Assembly: GCA_964439885.1 (NCBI GenBank) | Contig: CAYTPE010000001.1 | Span: forward strand, 9,031 to 73,030 | From: an uncultured Gammaproteobacteria bacterium | GTDB lineage: Bacteria; Patescibacteriota; Patescibacteriia; Magasanikbacterales; GWA2-37-8 | Reading direction: 5' to 3' | DNA: 64,000 nt | Shown: positions 1-10,226 of the stretch, in pieces | Layout of the letters: each line of letters starts with the position of its first letter | Position numbering within the stretch: the stretch's first letter is position 1 | Notes under the pieces: model-generated | The model's database searches: none | Seen by the model: the letters and a program-made list of their open reading frames with translations, nothing else | What the model was told of the DNA's origin: nothing | Program-made: the position numbers and the translations under genes

Positions 1-461
1 TTGGAGTCGAACTGCTCGAAGAGAGTATCGCCCAGATGAAGGCAAAGCCCTGCGACTTTCTAGCTGTACCCGAAGGCATTGCCTGCGGCGGAGCGGAATT
101 TTGTTTTAGTGTGGAGGCGCTCAACAAAGTATGTGATATGAAAGATACGAGCGACACCGAAATGATGTGGGTATACTTTACCAAGACCGGAAAATTTAAC
201 GTCCGCGATCAAGACATTCCCGACCGACGTTACTATTCAAACACGGTTCGCATGACGCTCGATTATATCGAAGACTTTAATTTTTTCGCGCGGGTATTTG
301 ACGAGTTTAACACCGATACGAACACTATTCCACTGCTCGACATCATGGCACTGCTCGAAAAGAAACCAGAAATCGCCGCTATTAACTATTTCCGTCAGCA
401 AGAATTTTTAGATAATCAAAAACGCAAAACCAAAATTGTGTTAAAATCTAACCCTGTTTAA
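1..461 (+). CDS. SpsF-like cytidylyltransferase (acylneuraminate CMP-transferase family), 5'-truncated by the window edge
   Basis: Frame is open from the window start; C-terminal motif VRMTLDYIEDF matches the SpsF-family RxTxDxxED pattern; lies upstream of a NeuB gene. Confidence 0.7.
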   Translation, partial: GVELLEESIAQMKAKPCDFLAVPEGIACGGAEFCFSVEALNKVCDMKDTSDTEMMWVYFTKTGKFNVRDQDIPDRRYYSNTVRMTLDYIEDFNFFARVFDEFNTDTNTIPLLDIMALLEKKPEIAAINYFRQQEFLDNQKRKTKIVLKSNPV

Positions 462-462
462 T

Positions 463-1713
463 ATGTCCAATCAAAGTCGCAAATGGCGCTATAGCGGTAA
501 CGAGTTGCAATATGTACAGGAAGTGCTGGATTCCGGATTTGCCGCCGCAACCAGCGGAAACAAAAATAAACAATTCGAAGACATGTTTGCCGAGCGCTTG
601 GGTGTAAAGTACGCGATTACACTTAATTCAGGTACGTCGACTCTCCACACCGCTCTCGCGGCTTTTGGTGTTGGTATGGGGGATGAAGTGATCATCCCTG
701 CCCTCACGGTAGTGATGTGCGCGTACGCTGTTTTTTATGCTAACGCCACTCCGGTTTTTGCCGATGTTGACCCGAATACTTTTCTGATCGATCCGGCCGA
801 TATTGAACGCAAAATTACCCCACGTACCAAAGCAATCATGCCGGTGCATCTGTATGGCCAGGTATGCGACATGGACGCGATTATGGCCATTGCCAAAAAA
901 CATAATCTTAAAGTAATAGAAGACAGTGCCGAATGTATGCTCGGTCTCGATAGTCACGGTCGTATCGGTGGCACCATTGGGGACGCCGGTAGTTTCTCGT
1001 TTGAAAATTCCAAACACTTAGCGGTAGGTGATGGTGGTATGCTTGTTACCAATGATGAAGCACTCGCCGAAAAAATGCGTAAATTTGCTGGTATGGGCTT
1101 TAAAAATATCAAAGCGAGCACTGGGCAAGTGCGCAAGAATAAAGACACCTTTCAAAATCCGGCGTACTTGCGCCACGATGCAGTGGGTTGGAATTATCGC
1201 ATGACCGAAGTGGCAGCCGCGGTTGGTATTGGTCAACTCGAACGCATCAACGAATTGGTGGGTCGTCGTAAAGATGTGGGCAATCGCTTAGTACAAGTTA
1301 TTAAAGATGCTCAGTGCGATTGGCTTGCGTATCAACACACACCAGCTGGTTACGAAAATTCTTACTGGACGCTGGCGGTGCGATACGACGGGCAAGAAAA
1401 AATCGGTGTTTCATGGGAAGATTTTCGTAAGAAATTTATGGAGTTTGGTGGTGATGGTATTTATTCGGCTTGGGCACTAGTCTACAACGAGCCCGCAGTG
1501 CAGATGGTAAGTAAGGAAGGAAAATTTTTTACAGATCTACCCGCCCGAGCTGAATTTTTGAAAGGCATATGCGATAATGTGCAGTGCCCCAAAGCAGATG
1601 TATTGCAGCCAAAAATGATGCACTTCCCAACTAATCAGGGCAGCGAAGAAGAGATTGTTGGGCAGGAAAAAGCTCTCAAAGAAACAATTAGCTTCTTTAG
1701 TCGCGCTGTATGA
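463..1713 (+). CDS. DegT/DnrJ/EryC1/StrS PLP-dependent sugar aminotransferase
   Basis: NSGTSTLH, VHLYGQ, IEDSAE, SFENSKHL (PLP lysine) and GWNYRM motifs. Confidence 0.95.
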   Translation: MSNQSRKWRYSGNELQYVQEVLDSGFAAATSGNKNKQFEDMFAERLGVKYAITLNSGTSTLHTALAAFGVGMGDEVIIPALTVVMCAYAVFYANATPVFADVDPNTFLIDPADIERKITPRTKAIMPVHLYGQVCDMDAIMAIAKKHNLKVIEDSAECMLGLDSHGRIGGTIGDAGSFSFENSKHLAVGDGGMLVTNDEALAEKMRKFAGMGFKNIKASTGQVRKNKDTFQNPAYLRHDAVGWNYRMTEVAAAVGIGQLERINELVGRRKDVGNRLVQVIKDAQCDWLAYQHTPAGYENSYWTLAVRYDGQEKIGVSWEDFRKKFMEFGGDGIYSAWALVYNEPAVQMVSKEGKFFTDLPARAEFLKGICDNVQCPKADVLQPKMMHFPTNQGSEEEIVGQEKALKETISFFSRAV

Positions 1714-2513
1714 AGCAAACATTTTTCGATTTAACCAAAAAAGTAGTCCTCCTTACCGGAGGGCTTGGTTTTTTGGGAAAACATTTTGCGCGCTATTTGG
1801 TTACCTATGGTGCCACCGTGCTTATTCTTGACGTGCCAGATTACAAAACAGCAAAAACAATAATGCAGACATTTTTTACCCCGGCCGAAAAAAAACGCAT
1901 TACCTATTTTCAGGCGGATATAACGAACAAAGCTGAGTTGGTAACGCTTCACAAAATTATTATCAAGCGTTACAAAAAAATTGATGTATTAATAAACAAT
2001 GCGGCTCTGAACCCGGCGGTGCGAAAAAATCAAGCGCCCGAAGACGATAGTTTTGAGAATTTTAATTTGGATAAATGGCAGAAAATGTTTGATGTTAACG
2101 TGACTGGCACCATGTTGTGCTGCCAAGTTTTTGGCTCCGCCATGCACCCTGGTGGCTCCATTATTAATCTTGCTTCCCTATATGGAATTCAGGCGCCGGA
2201 TCAACGAATTTATAAAAAAGGTTTTACCAAACCGGTGTCGTATTCAGTCACTAAAGGCGGCGTTGTTATGCTCACGCGTTATTTGGCGGCCTACTGGGGT
2301 CCAAAAGGAATCCGCGTGAATAGTTTATCGCCGGGTGGTATTGAAGCGGATCAAGATAAGGATTTTGTCGAAAAATTTTCTTTTAGAACTCCACTAGGCA
2401 GAATGGGCAAGGTGGAGGAGCTTGGGGGGATGCTTGTCTACTTAGCGTCCGACAGTTCATCGTATACCACCGGTGCCAATATGATTATTGATGGGGGTAT
2501 TACAGTTTGGTAA
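1710..2513 (+). CDS. SDR-family oxidoreductase (nonulosonate pathway, PtmA/FlmA-like)
   Basis: TGGLGFLG, NNAA, YSVTK catalytic motif, IRVNSLSPGG; ATGA overlap with the upstream gene. Confidence 0.9.
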   Translation: MKQTFFDLTKKVVLLTGGLGFLGKHFARYLVTYGATVLILDVPDYKTAKTIMQTFFTPAEKKRITYFQADITNKAELVTLHKIIIKRYKKIDVLINNAALNPAVRKNQAPEDDSFENFNLDKWQKMFDVNVTGTMLCCQVFGSAMHPGGSIINLASLYGIQAPDQRIYKKGFTKPVSYSVTKGGVVMLTRYLAAYWGPKGIRVNSLSPGGIEADQDKDFVEKFSFRTPLGRMGKVEELGGMLVYLASDSSSYTTGANMIIDGGITVW

Positions 2514-2536
2514 CCCTCTACTAATATTTATTCAAT

Positions 2537-4780
2537 ATGGTCATCGACCGCGCTCTCGACCCACTTATTATCAAAGAGTACGAAAGTATCAAAACCGCTC
2601 TGGTGAAGATTGATAAAAATCAACAGCAGGTTATTTTGGTTGTTTCCGAAGAAGGAGTGCTTTTGGGCATTGCCACCGATGGCGATATTCGCCGCTGGCT
2701 TATTAAACAGCCTGAAGTTGATTTGAACAAACCGATCAAGAGCGTCATGAAAGTTGATTTTATAAGCGTGCACGAGCAAACTGATACCGCTCGGGTTGAG
2801 CAGTTTTTTTCCAATGAAATTAAATTCATTCCTCTGCTTGACGACATGGGAAGACTGGTGGGAATAGCGCGGCCGTCATCAGACACATTTTTGATGGGTA
2901 ATCGTAAGATCGGTGTTGGTCAACCCGCCTTTATAATCGCGGAAATTGGAAATAATCATAATGGCAGCATCGAGCTTGCCAAGAAGCTTGTGGATCTGGC
3001 AGCCGAAGCTGGGGCTGATTGTGTTAAATTCCAAATGCGCGATCTCGGTTCACTCTACTCCAACCGCGGTAAAGCAGGCGATAAACGAGAAGATCTTGGT
3101 TCGCAGTATACATTGGATTTGCTCAATAAGTTCAATTTAACCCCCGAACAAATGTTTGAGGTGTTCGACTATTGTAAGAGTCGAAATATTTTGGCCTTCT
3201 GCACGCCGTGGGATTTGCAAAGTTTAGAGCACCTCAAACGTTATGGCATGCCCGGCTTCAAAATTGCTTCCGCCGACCTTACGAATCATGAACTGCTCAC
3301 CGCCGCGGCCAAAATCGGCAAACCACTCATCTGTTCGTCCGGCATGACCACCGAGAGCGAAATTCGAGCGGCAGTAAAAGTGCTCAGTGGCACCGGCGTG
3401 CCGTTTGCATTGTTACACTGCAATTCCACCTACCCAGCACCATTTAGCGATATCAATTTACGCTACATGCCCATGCTCAAAGAGATTGCCCACTGTCCGG
3501 TGGGGTATTCAGGGCATGAGCGCGGTATTAATGTCGCTGTCGCCGCCGTTGCGCTCGGCGCCAATATTATTGAGAAACATTTTACCATCGATCGAGCCAT
3601 GGAAGGCAATGATCATCGCGTTAGCCTTTTACCGGATGAATTCAAAAAGATGGTCGAAGGCATCCGCGAAGTAGAGCTTGCGCTCGGGAGTGGACAGAAA
3701 ACCGTACTCTCTCAGGGTGAGCTTATGAATCGTGAGGTGCTCGGTAAAAGCGTGGTTGTATCAAGAGCCGTATCCAAGGGCACCACTTTTACTCCCGACA
3801 TGCTCGATATAAAAAGCCCGGGCAAGGGTCTGCCCGCTTATCGAAAGGGTGATGTGATCGGCAAAATAGCGAATCGCGACTTTGCTCCTGGCGATTTTAT
3901 TTTTCCAAGCGATCTGAGCGAAGGTGGTACGAGCGAAACCACTTTTCGTTTTAAGCGTCGATGGGGTATTCCGGTTCGCTACCATGATTTTAAACAAATG
4001 CTCACGAAGGCTAATCCGGAATTGATTGAATTTCACTTAAGTTACAAAGATATCGAAGAAGACGCGCATCAGTTTTTCGACAAACCACTGAATATGCACT
4101 ACGTGGTGCATGCGCCCGAACTGTTTGCCGGCGACCATATTTTGGATCTTGCGTCGAGTGACGAATCGTACCGCCAGGCTTCGATTGCGAACATGCAACG
4201 AATAGTCGATATTACCCGCAGCCTCAAAACATATTTTACTACCGAACGACCCCTTATTGTCGCAAATGTGGGAGGCTTTACGGCCGATAAAAATATGCCA
4301 GTTGCCGAAAGAGCCGAGCGTTACAAACGAGTGGCCGAAAGTCTTCGTAAAGTTGATTCTGCGGGAGTGGAGATTATACCGCAGACTATGCCACCATTCC
4401 CATGGCATTTTGGTGGGCAGCGCTTCCATAATTTATTTGTCGACCCTGATGAGATTGTGGAATTTTGTAAAACATATGGTTATCGCGTGTGCCTTGATAT
4501 CGCGCACTCCAAACTCGCCTGCAACCACTATAAATGGTCATTCCGAGAATTTGTGGAAAAGGTCGGTCCCTACACCGCCCATTATCATATTTCAGACGCT
4601 CTTGGCGCCGATGGCGAAGGGCTGCAGATACACGATGGCGAAATTGATTTTAAAGCATTGTCCGATATTATGAATCACGTTTCCCCAGAGGCTTCCTTTA
4701 TTCCCGAAATTTGGCAAGGTCATAAAGACAGTGGAAGCGGCTTTTGGACCGCGCTTTCGCGTCTGCAAAAATGGTTTTAA
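2537..4780 (+). CDS. neuB: N-acetylneuraminate synthase family protein: CBS pair + NeuB + SAF + C-terminal xylose-isomerase-like TIM barrel
   Basis: TDGDIRR (CBS); IAEIGNNHNG, VKFQ, LHCNSTYPAP, GYSGHE, IEKHFT (NeuB); CLDIAH/HISDA/EGLQI (TIM barrel). Confidence 0.92.
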   Translation: MVIDRALDPLIIKEYESIKTALVKIDKNQQQVILVVSEEGVLLGIATDGDIRRWLIKQPEVDLNKPIKSVMKVDFISVHEQTDTARVEQFFSNEIKFIPLLDDMGRLVGIARPSSDTFLMGNRKIGVGQPAFIIAEIGNNHNGSIELAKKLVDLAAEAGADCVKFQMRDLGSLYSNRGKAGDKREDLGSQYTLDLLNKFNLTPEQMFEVFDYCKSRNILAFCTPWDLQSLEHLKRYGMPGFKIASADLTNHELLTAAAKIGKPLICSSGMTTESEIRAAVKVLSGTGVPFALLHCNSTYPAPFSDINLRYMPMLKEIAHCPVGYSGHERGINVAVAAVALGANIIEKHFTIDRAMEGNDHRVSLLPDEFKKMVEGIREVELALGSGQKTVLSQGELMNREVLGKSVVVSRAVSKGTTFTPDMLDIKSPGKGLPAYRKGDVIGKIANRDFAPGDFIFPSDLSEGGTSETTFRFKRRWGIPVRYHDFKQMLTKANPELIEFHLSYKDIEEDAHQFFDKPLNMHYVVHAPELFAGDHILDLASSDESYRQASIANMQRIVDITRSLKTYFTTERPLIVANVGGFTADKNMPVAERAERYKRVAESLRKVDSAGVEIIPQTMPPFPWHFGGQRFHNLFVDPDEIVEFCKTYGYRVCLDIAHSKLACNHYKWSFREFVEKVGPYTAHYHISDALGADGEGLQIHDGEIDFKALSDIMNHVSPEASFIPEIWQGHKDSGSGFWTALSRLQKWF

Positions 4781-4783
4781 CCT

Positions 4784-5638
4784 ATGGTACAGTGCTACTT
4801 GTGTCACAATAAAAAATTAGTTTTGAGAAACGATTCCACGCGCGATCGACCGGAAATAAAGGTTCTCCATTGCCCGGCGTGCGATCTCACGTTTCTTGCT
4901 TCGTTCAAACATTTGAACGATTTTTCGTATAACGACAGTAAGCACAACTACGATAAACCAATACCGAGCAAGGAGGCTTATACCATGTTACTCAAGGAGC
5001 TGTCCGGTGACGATCTCAGACGTGTTGAGCAACACAAAAAAATGATCACCGGCAAGCGCTTGTTGGATTTTGGGTGTGGCGCTGGTGGGTTTTTACTACA
5101 AGCTAAAAAGCATGCCAAAGAAGCATACGGCGTCGAGATTGATTCAATTACGCGGTTCTATAATAAAAAAGTCTCGGTAAAAAAATCCATCGAGGAATTC
5201 AACATGCAATTTGACGTTATCACACTCTTCCATGTTATCGAACATATACCGGATCCGATTGCACTACTCACCATGTTAAAAAAATTTCTTCGTCCCGGCG
5301 GTACCATTATTATCGAAGTGCCGAACGATCATGATGCGCTTATCTCGTATTACCAATTGCCTGCCTTTAAGAATTTTACCTATTGGAGCCTACATCTGTT
5401 TTCGTTTTCGCCCCAAAGCATTACCAGGCTTTTCCGCAACGCTGGGTATAAGCGCAGTCAGGTAACCTTTTTTCAGCGCTACTCATTTGCCAATCACATT
5501 GGGTGGCTTAAAGACGGCAAACCAGGTGGGCAGAACCGCTATCCAGAGATGGATACCCAAAAATTGAACGCCGCGTATGTCGCGCATTTGAAAAAAAACG
5601 GTCTGTGCGACACGCTGATTGCTTATTTAAAAAAGTAG
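4784..5638 (+). CDS. Class I SAM-dependent methyltransferase with N-terminal Zn-binding Cys pairs
   Basis: CYLC..CPAC, LLDFGCGAG, FDVITLFHVIEHI, IEVPN. Confidence 0.9.
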   Translation: MVQCYLCHNKKLVLRNDSTRDRPEIKVLHCPACDLTFLASFKHLNDFSYNDSKHNYDKPIPSKEAYTMLLKELSGDDLRRVEQHKKMITGKRLLDFGCGAGGFLLQAKKHAKEAYGVEIDSITRFYNKKVSVKKSIEEFNMQFDVITLFHVIEHIPDPIALLTMLKKFLRPGGTIIIEVPNDHDALISYYQLPAFKNFTYWSLHLFSFSPQSITRLFRNAGYKRSQVTFFQRYSFANHIGWLKDGKPGGQNRYPEMDTQKLNAAYVAHLKKNGLCDTLIAYLKK

Positions 5639-5641
5639 TGT

Positions 5642-7042
5642 ATGAAAGTACTTTATATTGGCGGTGGCTTTGTGGGAGCCTGTAGCGCCGCAGTTTCTGC
5701 CGACAGTGGCCACGAGACGATGGTATACGATATCGACCAACACAAAACAGCCTTGCTTTCGTCGGGCGATCGGACGCGCATTGAATCATGTCTTTTTGAA
5801 AAAGGATTGGGAGATTTACTGGTGCGTAACGCCGACCGAATTACTTTTACCAGTGACTATGCTGATGTGGAAGCTTTTTTAGATACCTGTGAGGTTGTAT
5901 TCATGTGTGTGCCCACTCCCGAAATCGATGAGACGGGCGAAAGTGACCTGTCGTATTATAATGCAGCCACGGAAAAACTTTCTACTTGTTTAGTAAAGCG
6001 CAACAGTGGCTCTCAAAGCAATTACATTGTCGTCGTTAATAAGAGTACCGTTCCTATTGATACGGTGAGCCGAACCGAGCAGATGCTGGCTGAGCGTGGT
6101 GTCAAAAATGTGGGCGTGGTTTCTAACCCGGAATTTTTGGTTGAGGGCAAAGCCGTGCAAGATTCCCTCAAACCGGATCGGATAGTGGTCGGCGCGCGCA
6201 CTGAGCGTGACTTTGAGGTTATGCGCCGTTTGTATCAGCGGTTTTACGATTCTCCCACGGTGCAATATTTACAAGTAAGCCCGGAAGAAGGTGCCGCCAG
6301 TAAATTGTTAGCAAATTATTATCTCTTCAATCGCTTGGCTGTTTGTTTCGATGTGATTGGCAGAACCTGTGAAGCTTTTCCTGGCCTAAAATTCGAAAAT
6401 ATTCGTCGCGTGCTTACCACCGATAAAAGAATCGGCGAGTGGGGTTTTTACGATAGTCTGTATGCCGGTGGAAGCTGTTTTATCAAAGATACTCGCTCGC
6501 TTGCGCACCAACTGCAGTCCGTTGGCTATGATGCGCCGCTCGTACGCGAAACACATGCCGCCAATCGTCGCCAACTGATGTCCTTTTTGAATCGCGCCGA
6601 GCGCGAGGCGCAGTACCAGTGGGTGGGAAAAAAGGTGGCGCTCCTCGGCGTTGCTTTTAAACGAGACACTAACGATGTCCGCAATTCACCAAGCAGTGAT
6701 ATCGTCCGCTTTCTCCATGATAAAAAAGTGGGGAACATTACCGTGTACGATCCGGCAGCGATGGATACTTTTAAAAAAACGATTTCCGCGGATTTAACAC
6801 TTCACTACGCACAAAATGAAAGTGAGGCTATACACGACGCCGATGTCATTATCGTGGCTACCGATTGGCCACAATTTCGTGGTGTCGCCGACCAGCTGGT
6901 AATGCAAATGAATAGCACACATACGAATAAGCCTGAGTTGATTATGGATTGTCGCCGCATGTTCCAACATCGCTATGACGATTTGCAAAAAAGCGGCTGC
7001 GCTATTATCGCGGTTGGTTCGCCGCTTATCTCACCTCAATAA
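5642..7042 (+). CDS. ugd: UDP-glucose/GDP-mannose dehydrogenase family protein
   Basis: GGGFVG, CVPTP, NKSTVP, SNPEFL, GGSCFIKD (catalytic Cys), AFKRDTNDVRNSP. Confidence 0.85.
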   Translation: MKVLYIGGGFVGACSAAVSADSGHETMVYDIDQHKTALLSSGDRTRIESCLFEKGLGDLLVRNADRITFTSDYADVEAFLDTCEVVFMCVPTPEIDETGESDLSYYNAATEKLSTCLVKRNSGSQSNYIVVVNKSTVPIDTVSRTEQMLAERGVKNVGVVSNPEFLVEGKAVQDSLKPDRIVVGARTERDFEVMRRLYQRFYDSPTVQYLQVSPEEGAASKLLANYYLFNRLAVCFDVIGRTCEAFPGLKFENIRRVLTTDKRIGEWGFYDSLYAGGSCFIKDTRSLAHQLQSVGYDAPLVRETHAANRRQLMSFLNRAEREAQYQWVGKKVALLGVAFKRDTNDVRNSPSSDIVRFLHDKKVGNITVYDPAAMDTFKKTISADLTLHYAQNESEAIHDADVIIVATDWPQFRGVADQLVMQMNSTHTNKPELIMDCRRMFQHRYDDLQKSGCAIIAVGSPLISPQ

Positions 7043-7046
7043 TTGT

Positions 7047-8378
7047 ATGGTTTCTTTTGCAGAATTACAATCCAAACGTCAGTCAATCGTGGTTGTCGGG
7101 CTGGGATATGTCGGGCTGCCTCTCGCCATCGCACTTGCCAGACATTTCAAGGTGATTGGTTTTGATGTTAAAGAAAATAGGATTACCGAACTTCAAGCGC
7201 ACTACGACCGAACGAGAGAAGTCACTGCTGACGATCTAATGAGCAGCACAATGGAGTTTGTGAGCGATCCGGTTGAGGTACGGAAAAAGCTGTGCGGTGA
7301 GTCGGCGTTTATTATTGTGGCGGTACCAACTCCTGTAAACCAAAAAAACGAACCAGATCTTACACTTGTAGAAAAAGCGTCAGCGATGGTAGGAAAAGAT
7401 TTTCTTTCCCCCGGCAGCGTGGTAGTGTATGAATCCACTGTCTACCCGGGAGTCACCGAAGACATCTGCATTCCAATTCTTGAAGAAAAATCACAAACTA
7501 AACGTGGTATTGATTTTAAGGTCGGTTATTCGCCGGAGCGTATTAACCCGGGCGATCACGAGCACACTATCAACAAAGTCACTAAAATCGTTTCCGGCAT
7601 GGATGCTGAATCCCTCGACGTAATTGCCGCGGTGTATGGGAGTATTACCACTGTTTTTAAAGCCTCATCCATCAAAGTAGCCGAAGCGGCCAAGGTTATC
7701 GAAAATACCCAGCGCGATATCAATATTGCCCTGATGAATGAACTGGCAGTTATCTTTAGCAAGATGGGCATTTCCACGTACGATGTTCTGGCGGCCGCCG
7801 GTACCAAATGGAATTTTCTCAAATTTACACCTGGCCTCGTTGGGGGCCACTGTATCGGGGTGGATCCGTATTACCTCACACACCGCGCCGAGCAGCTCGG
7901 CTACACGCCAGAAGTCATTTTGTCGGGACGCAAAATCAATGATGGAATGGGGGAGTGGATCGTGGAGCAGGTAGTGCAGCGAAGTAAAAAGCTGGGTAAA
8001 GATATTACCAAGTGTAATGTACTTGTTTGCGGCATGACATTTAAAGAAAACGTCCCCGATGTACGCAATTCCAAAGTATGGGATATTATCCAAGCGCTTA
8101 AAAAGCGTGGCGCCCAGCCTACCGTGTATGATCCGATTGCCTATAAAGACGAAGTCGAGTATGAATATGATTTTAAGCTTGCCGAAACGGAGGCGCTTTC
8201 CCGTGGTAAAAATTATGACATTATTATAGTAGCAGTAGCCCACCGGGAATTTGTGAATATGACGTCAGAAGCTTGGCAAAAAATAGCGTCTTCGAACCAA
8301 CCAATGGTTGTTGATGTAAAAGGAGTTCTAAATAAAGCCGAACTTGAACGAGTTGGATTTTCTTATTGGACTTTATAA
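7047..8378 (+). CDS. Nucleotide-sugar dehydrogenase, WbpO/TviB (UDP-HexNAc 6-dehydrogenase) type
   Basis: GLGYVGLP, YESTVYPG, SPERINPG, KVIENTQRD, GGHCIGVDPYY; start moved to the ATG at 7047 just after the upstream stop. Confidence 0.92.
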   Translation: MVSFAELQSKRQSIVVVGLGYVGLPLAIALARHFKVIGFDVKENRITELQAHYDRTREVTADDLMSSTMEFVSDPVEVRKKLCGESAFIIVAVPTPVNQKNEPDLTLVEKASAMVGKDFLSPGSVVVYESTVYPGVTEDICIPILEEKSQTKRGIDFKVGYSPERINPGDHEHTINKVTKIVSGMDAESLDVIAAVYGSITTVFKASSIKVAEAAKVIENTQRDINIALMNELAVIFSKMGISTYDVLAAAGTKWNFLKFTPGLVGGHCIGVDPYYLTHRAEQLGYTPEVILSGRKINDGMGEWIVEQVVQRSKKLGKDITKCNVLVCGMTFKENVPDVRNSKVWDIIQALKKRGAQPTVYDPIAYKDEVEYEYDFKLAETEALSRGKNYDIIIVAVAHREFVNMTSEAWQKIASSNQPMVVDVKGVLNKAELERVGFSYWTL

Positions 8379-8418
8379 TCTTCTAATCTTTCAGTCTTTT
8401 AGTCTTCAGTCTTTCACT

Positions 8419-9333
8419 ATGTCTCATTATCTCGTCACTGGCGGTGCTGGCTTCATCGGTACTAACCTCGTTAAACGCTTGCTCGCCGATGGTCATACCG
8501 TAAAAGTCTATGACAATTACGCTGCCGGGAAAAAACCGGAGCGTATACAAAGTGGCGCCGAGTATATCGAAGGCGACATTCGTGATCTGGAAAGTCTGAA
8601 AAAAGCGTGTGCGGGCGTGGATGGCATTTTTCACTTAGCGGCGCTGCCGCGAGTTCTTTTCTCCGTCGAAAATCCGCTGCTCACACACGACGTGAACGTG
8701 AACGGCACACTCAATGTGCTTCTTGCCGCCCGTGATATGAAAGTGAAGCGTGTTGTTTTTTCCACTTCGTCGGCCGCGTATGGCGACCAGACGGTATATC
8801 CGCTTCCAGAAGATACGGTGATCAAGAAACCGGTCAGCCCGTACGGCTTCCATAAACTGGTTGGCGAAGAATATTGCCGACTATTCAGTCTGTTGTATGG
8901 AGTTGAAACCGTATCGCTCTGTTACTTCAATATTTACGGTCCCTATTTTGACCCCGAAGGCGCATACGCGCTCGTAATCGGTCGATTCCTCAAGCTCCGC
9001 AGCGAAGGTAAGCCCATGACCGTGCGTGGTGATGGTGAAATGTATCGCGACTATACGCACGTATTCGACGCGGTTGAAGCGAATATACTTGCTATGACAA
9101 AAGAGACGGTGGGCAAGGGCGAGGTGCTTAATATCGGCTACGGCGAACCGCATTCCGTAAACGAACTGGTGCAACTCATCGGTGGGGCAGCCGAATATGT
9201 TCCGGCTCTTCCTGGTGAAATGAAATTTACTCACGCTGATAACAGCAAGGCGCGTCGATTGCTTGGGTGGCAGCCCACCATCGCGCTTGCGGACGGTATT
9301 GCTATGCTCAAAAAAGAATGGGGATTAGAGTAG
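8419..9333 (+). CDS. NAD-dependent epimerase/dehydratase (WbpP/GalE-like)
   Basis: TGGAGFIG, YGFHK, YFNIYGP, RDYTHV; start at ATG 8419. Confidence 0.9.
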   Translation: MSHYLVTGGAGFIGTNLVKRLLADGHTVKVYDNYAAGKKPERIQSGAEYIEGDIRDLESLKKACAGVDGIFHLAALPRVLFSVENPLLTHDVNVNGTLNVLLAARDMKVKRVVFSTSSAAYGDQTVYPLPEDTVIKKPVSPYGFHKLVGEEYCRLFSLLYGVETVSLCYFNIYGPYFDPEGAYALVIGRFLKLRSEGKPMTVRGDGEMYRDYTHVFDAVEANILAMTKETVGKGEVLNIGYGEPHSVNELVQLIGGAAEYVPALPGEMKFTHADNSKARRLLGWQPTIALADGIAMLKKEWGLE

Positions 9334-9378
9334 AAAGTCATTGAAAAATTATTAAGAGATTATTAAAAAGTTATTATA

Positions 9379-9415
9379 CAAAAAACCCGGCTTTTCAAGC
9401 CGGGTTTAATTTTTT
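9379..9415. terminator. Bidirectional intrinsic terminator between convergent genes
   Basis: AAACCCGGCTT-TTC-AAGCCGGGTTT hairpin flanked by A and T runs. Confidence 0.8.
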
Positions 9416-9420
9416 CAGAT

Positions 9421-9699
9421 TTATGCGGTCACAACATGGACAAAACGGGCATCTTTGAGTTTGCCGTCGAAACGCATGCGTTTGGCTTCGGTAAATTTAA
9501 CCTTACCGTTTTCCATGGCAAACAAAGTATCATCTTTGGCGCGTTTCACGTTGGTGCCTGGGTGAATGCGGGTACCGCGCTGGCGAACCAAAATCATACC
9601 TTTTTTAACGGTCTGACCGCTGAAAAGTTTGATACCAAGACGTTGTGAATTTGACTCTCGCCCGTTACGTGATGAACCGGCGGCTTTCTTATGTGACAT
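9421..9699 (-). CDS. rpmA: 50S ribosomal protein L27
   Basis: [35 protein letters not shown]. Confidence 0.98.
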   Translation of the reverse strand: MSHKKAAGSSRNGRESNSQRLGIKLFSGQTVKKGMILVRQRGTRIHPGTNVKRAKDDTLFAMENGKVKFTEAKRMRFDGKLKDARFVHVVTA

Positions 9700-9803
9700 A
9701 TGAATTTACTTTCGCAAGGAAATTCACTTCGTAGCGACTCGCCGCGGCGAGGAGCGTAGAAGGTCCTTATATATGAATGATATGGTGTGTAAATGGTAGC
9801 CAC

Positions 9804-9832
9804 ATTATATGCTAAAATCTTATTCTTGTCAA
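9804..9832 (-). promoter_or_regulatory. Consensus sigma70 promoter for rpmA
   Basis: Minus strand reads TTGACA-17 nt-TATAAT exactly. Confidence 0.85.
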
Positions 9833-9866
9833 GCTTGGCTGTTGATGATAAAATTAAGCCATATTT

Positions 9867-10223
9867 ATGCATTTCTACTCGCCGAAACTATACATACAGG
9901 ACCCGTGGGTATATGGGCCTACCGTCGGAGCGCTGCTCAGCCTTATTGCGTCGGGCGTGTATGCGTTTGTCCGGGTGCCAACCGCTGGTGAAAGCTATTT
10001 TTTGCACAGCACTATTGTATTTGGCGTGGATCTCATCGGTCCACGTGGTTCTCTTTTTAACCCGCTGTTGGCCGGGCTTGTCATGGTGCTGGTGAATGTG
10101 GCTATTACCTTTGTGCTGTATGCCCGCGAACGTTTTTTAGCCCGATTTATGCTCAGCGCGCTCGCTCTTTCCGCGCTCGGTATAGCAATTGGTGTTTATT
10201 TCATAGTTGGTCTCAATACCTAG
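9867..10223 (+). CDS. Small membrane protein, about 3 TM segments, upstream of ftsW
   Basis: Hydrophobic segments; LHSTIVFGVDLIG motif; stop is 3 nt before ftsW. Confidence 0.7.
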   Translation: MHFYSPKLYIQDPWVYGPTVGALLSLIASGVYAFVRVPTAGESYFLHSTIVFGVDLIGPRGSLFNPLLAGLVMVLVNVAITFVLYARERFLARFMLSALALSALGIAIGVYFIVGLNT

Positions 10224-10226
10224 CGT

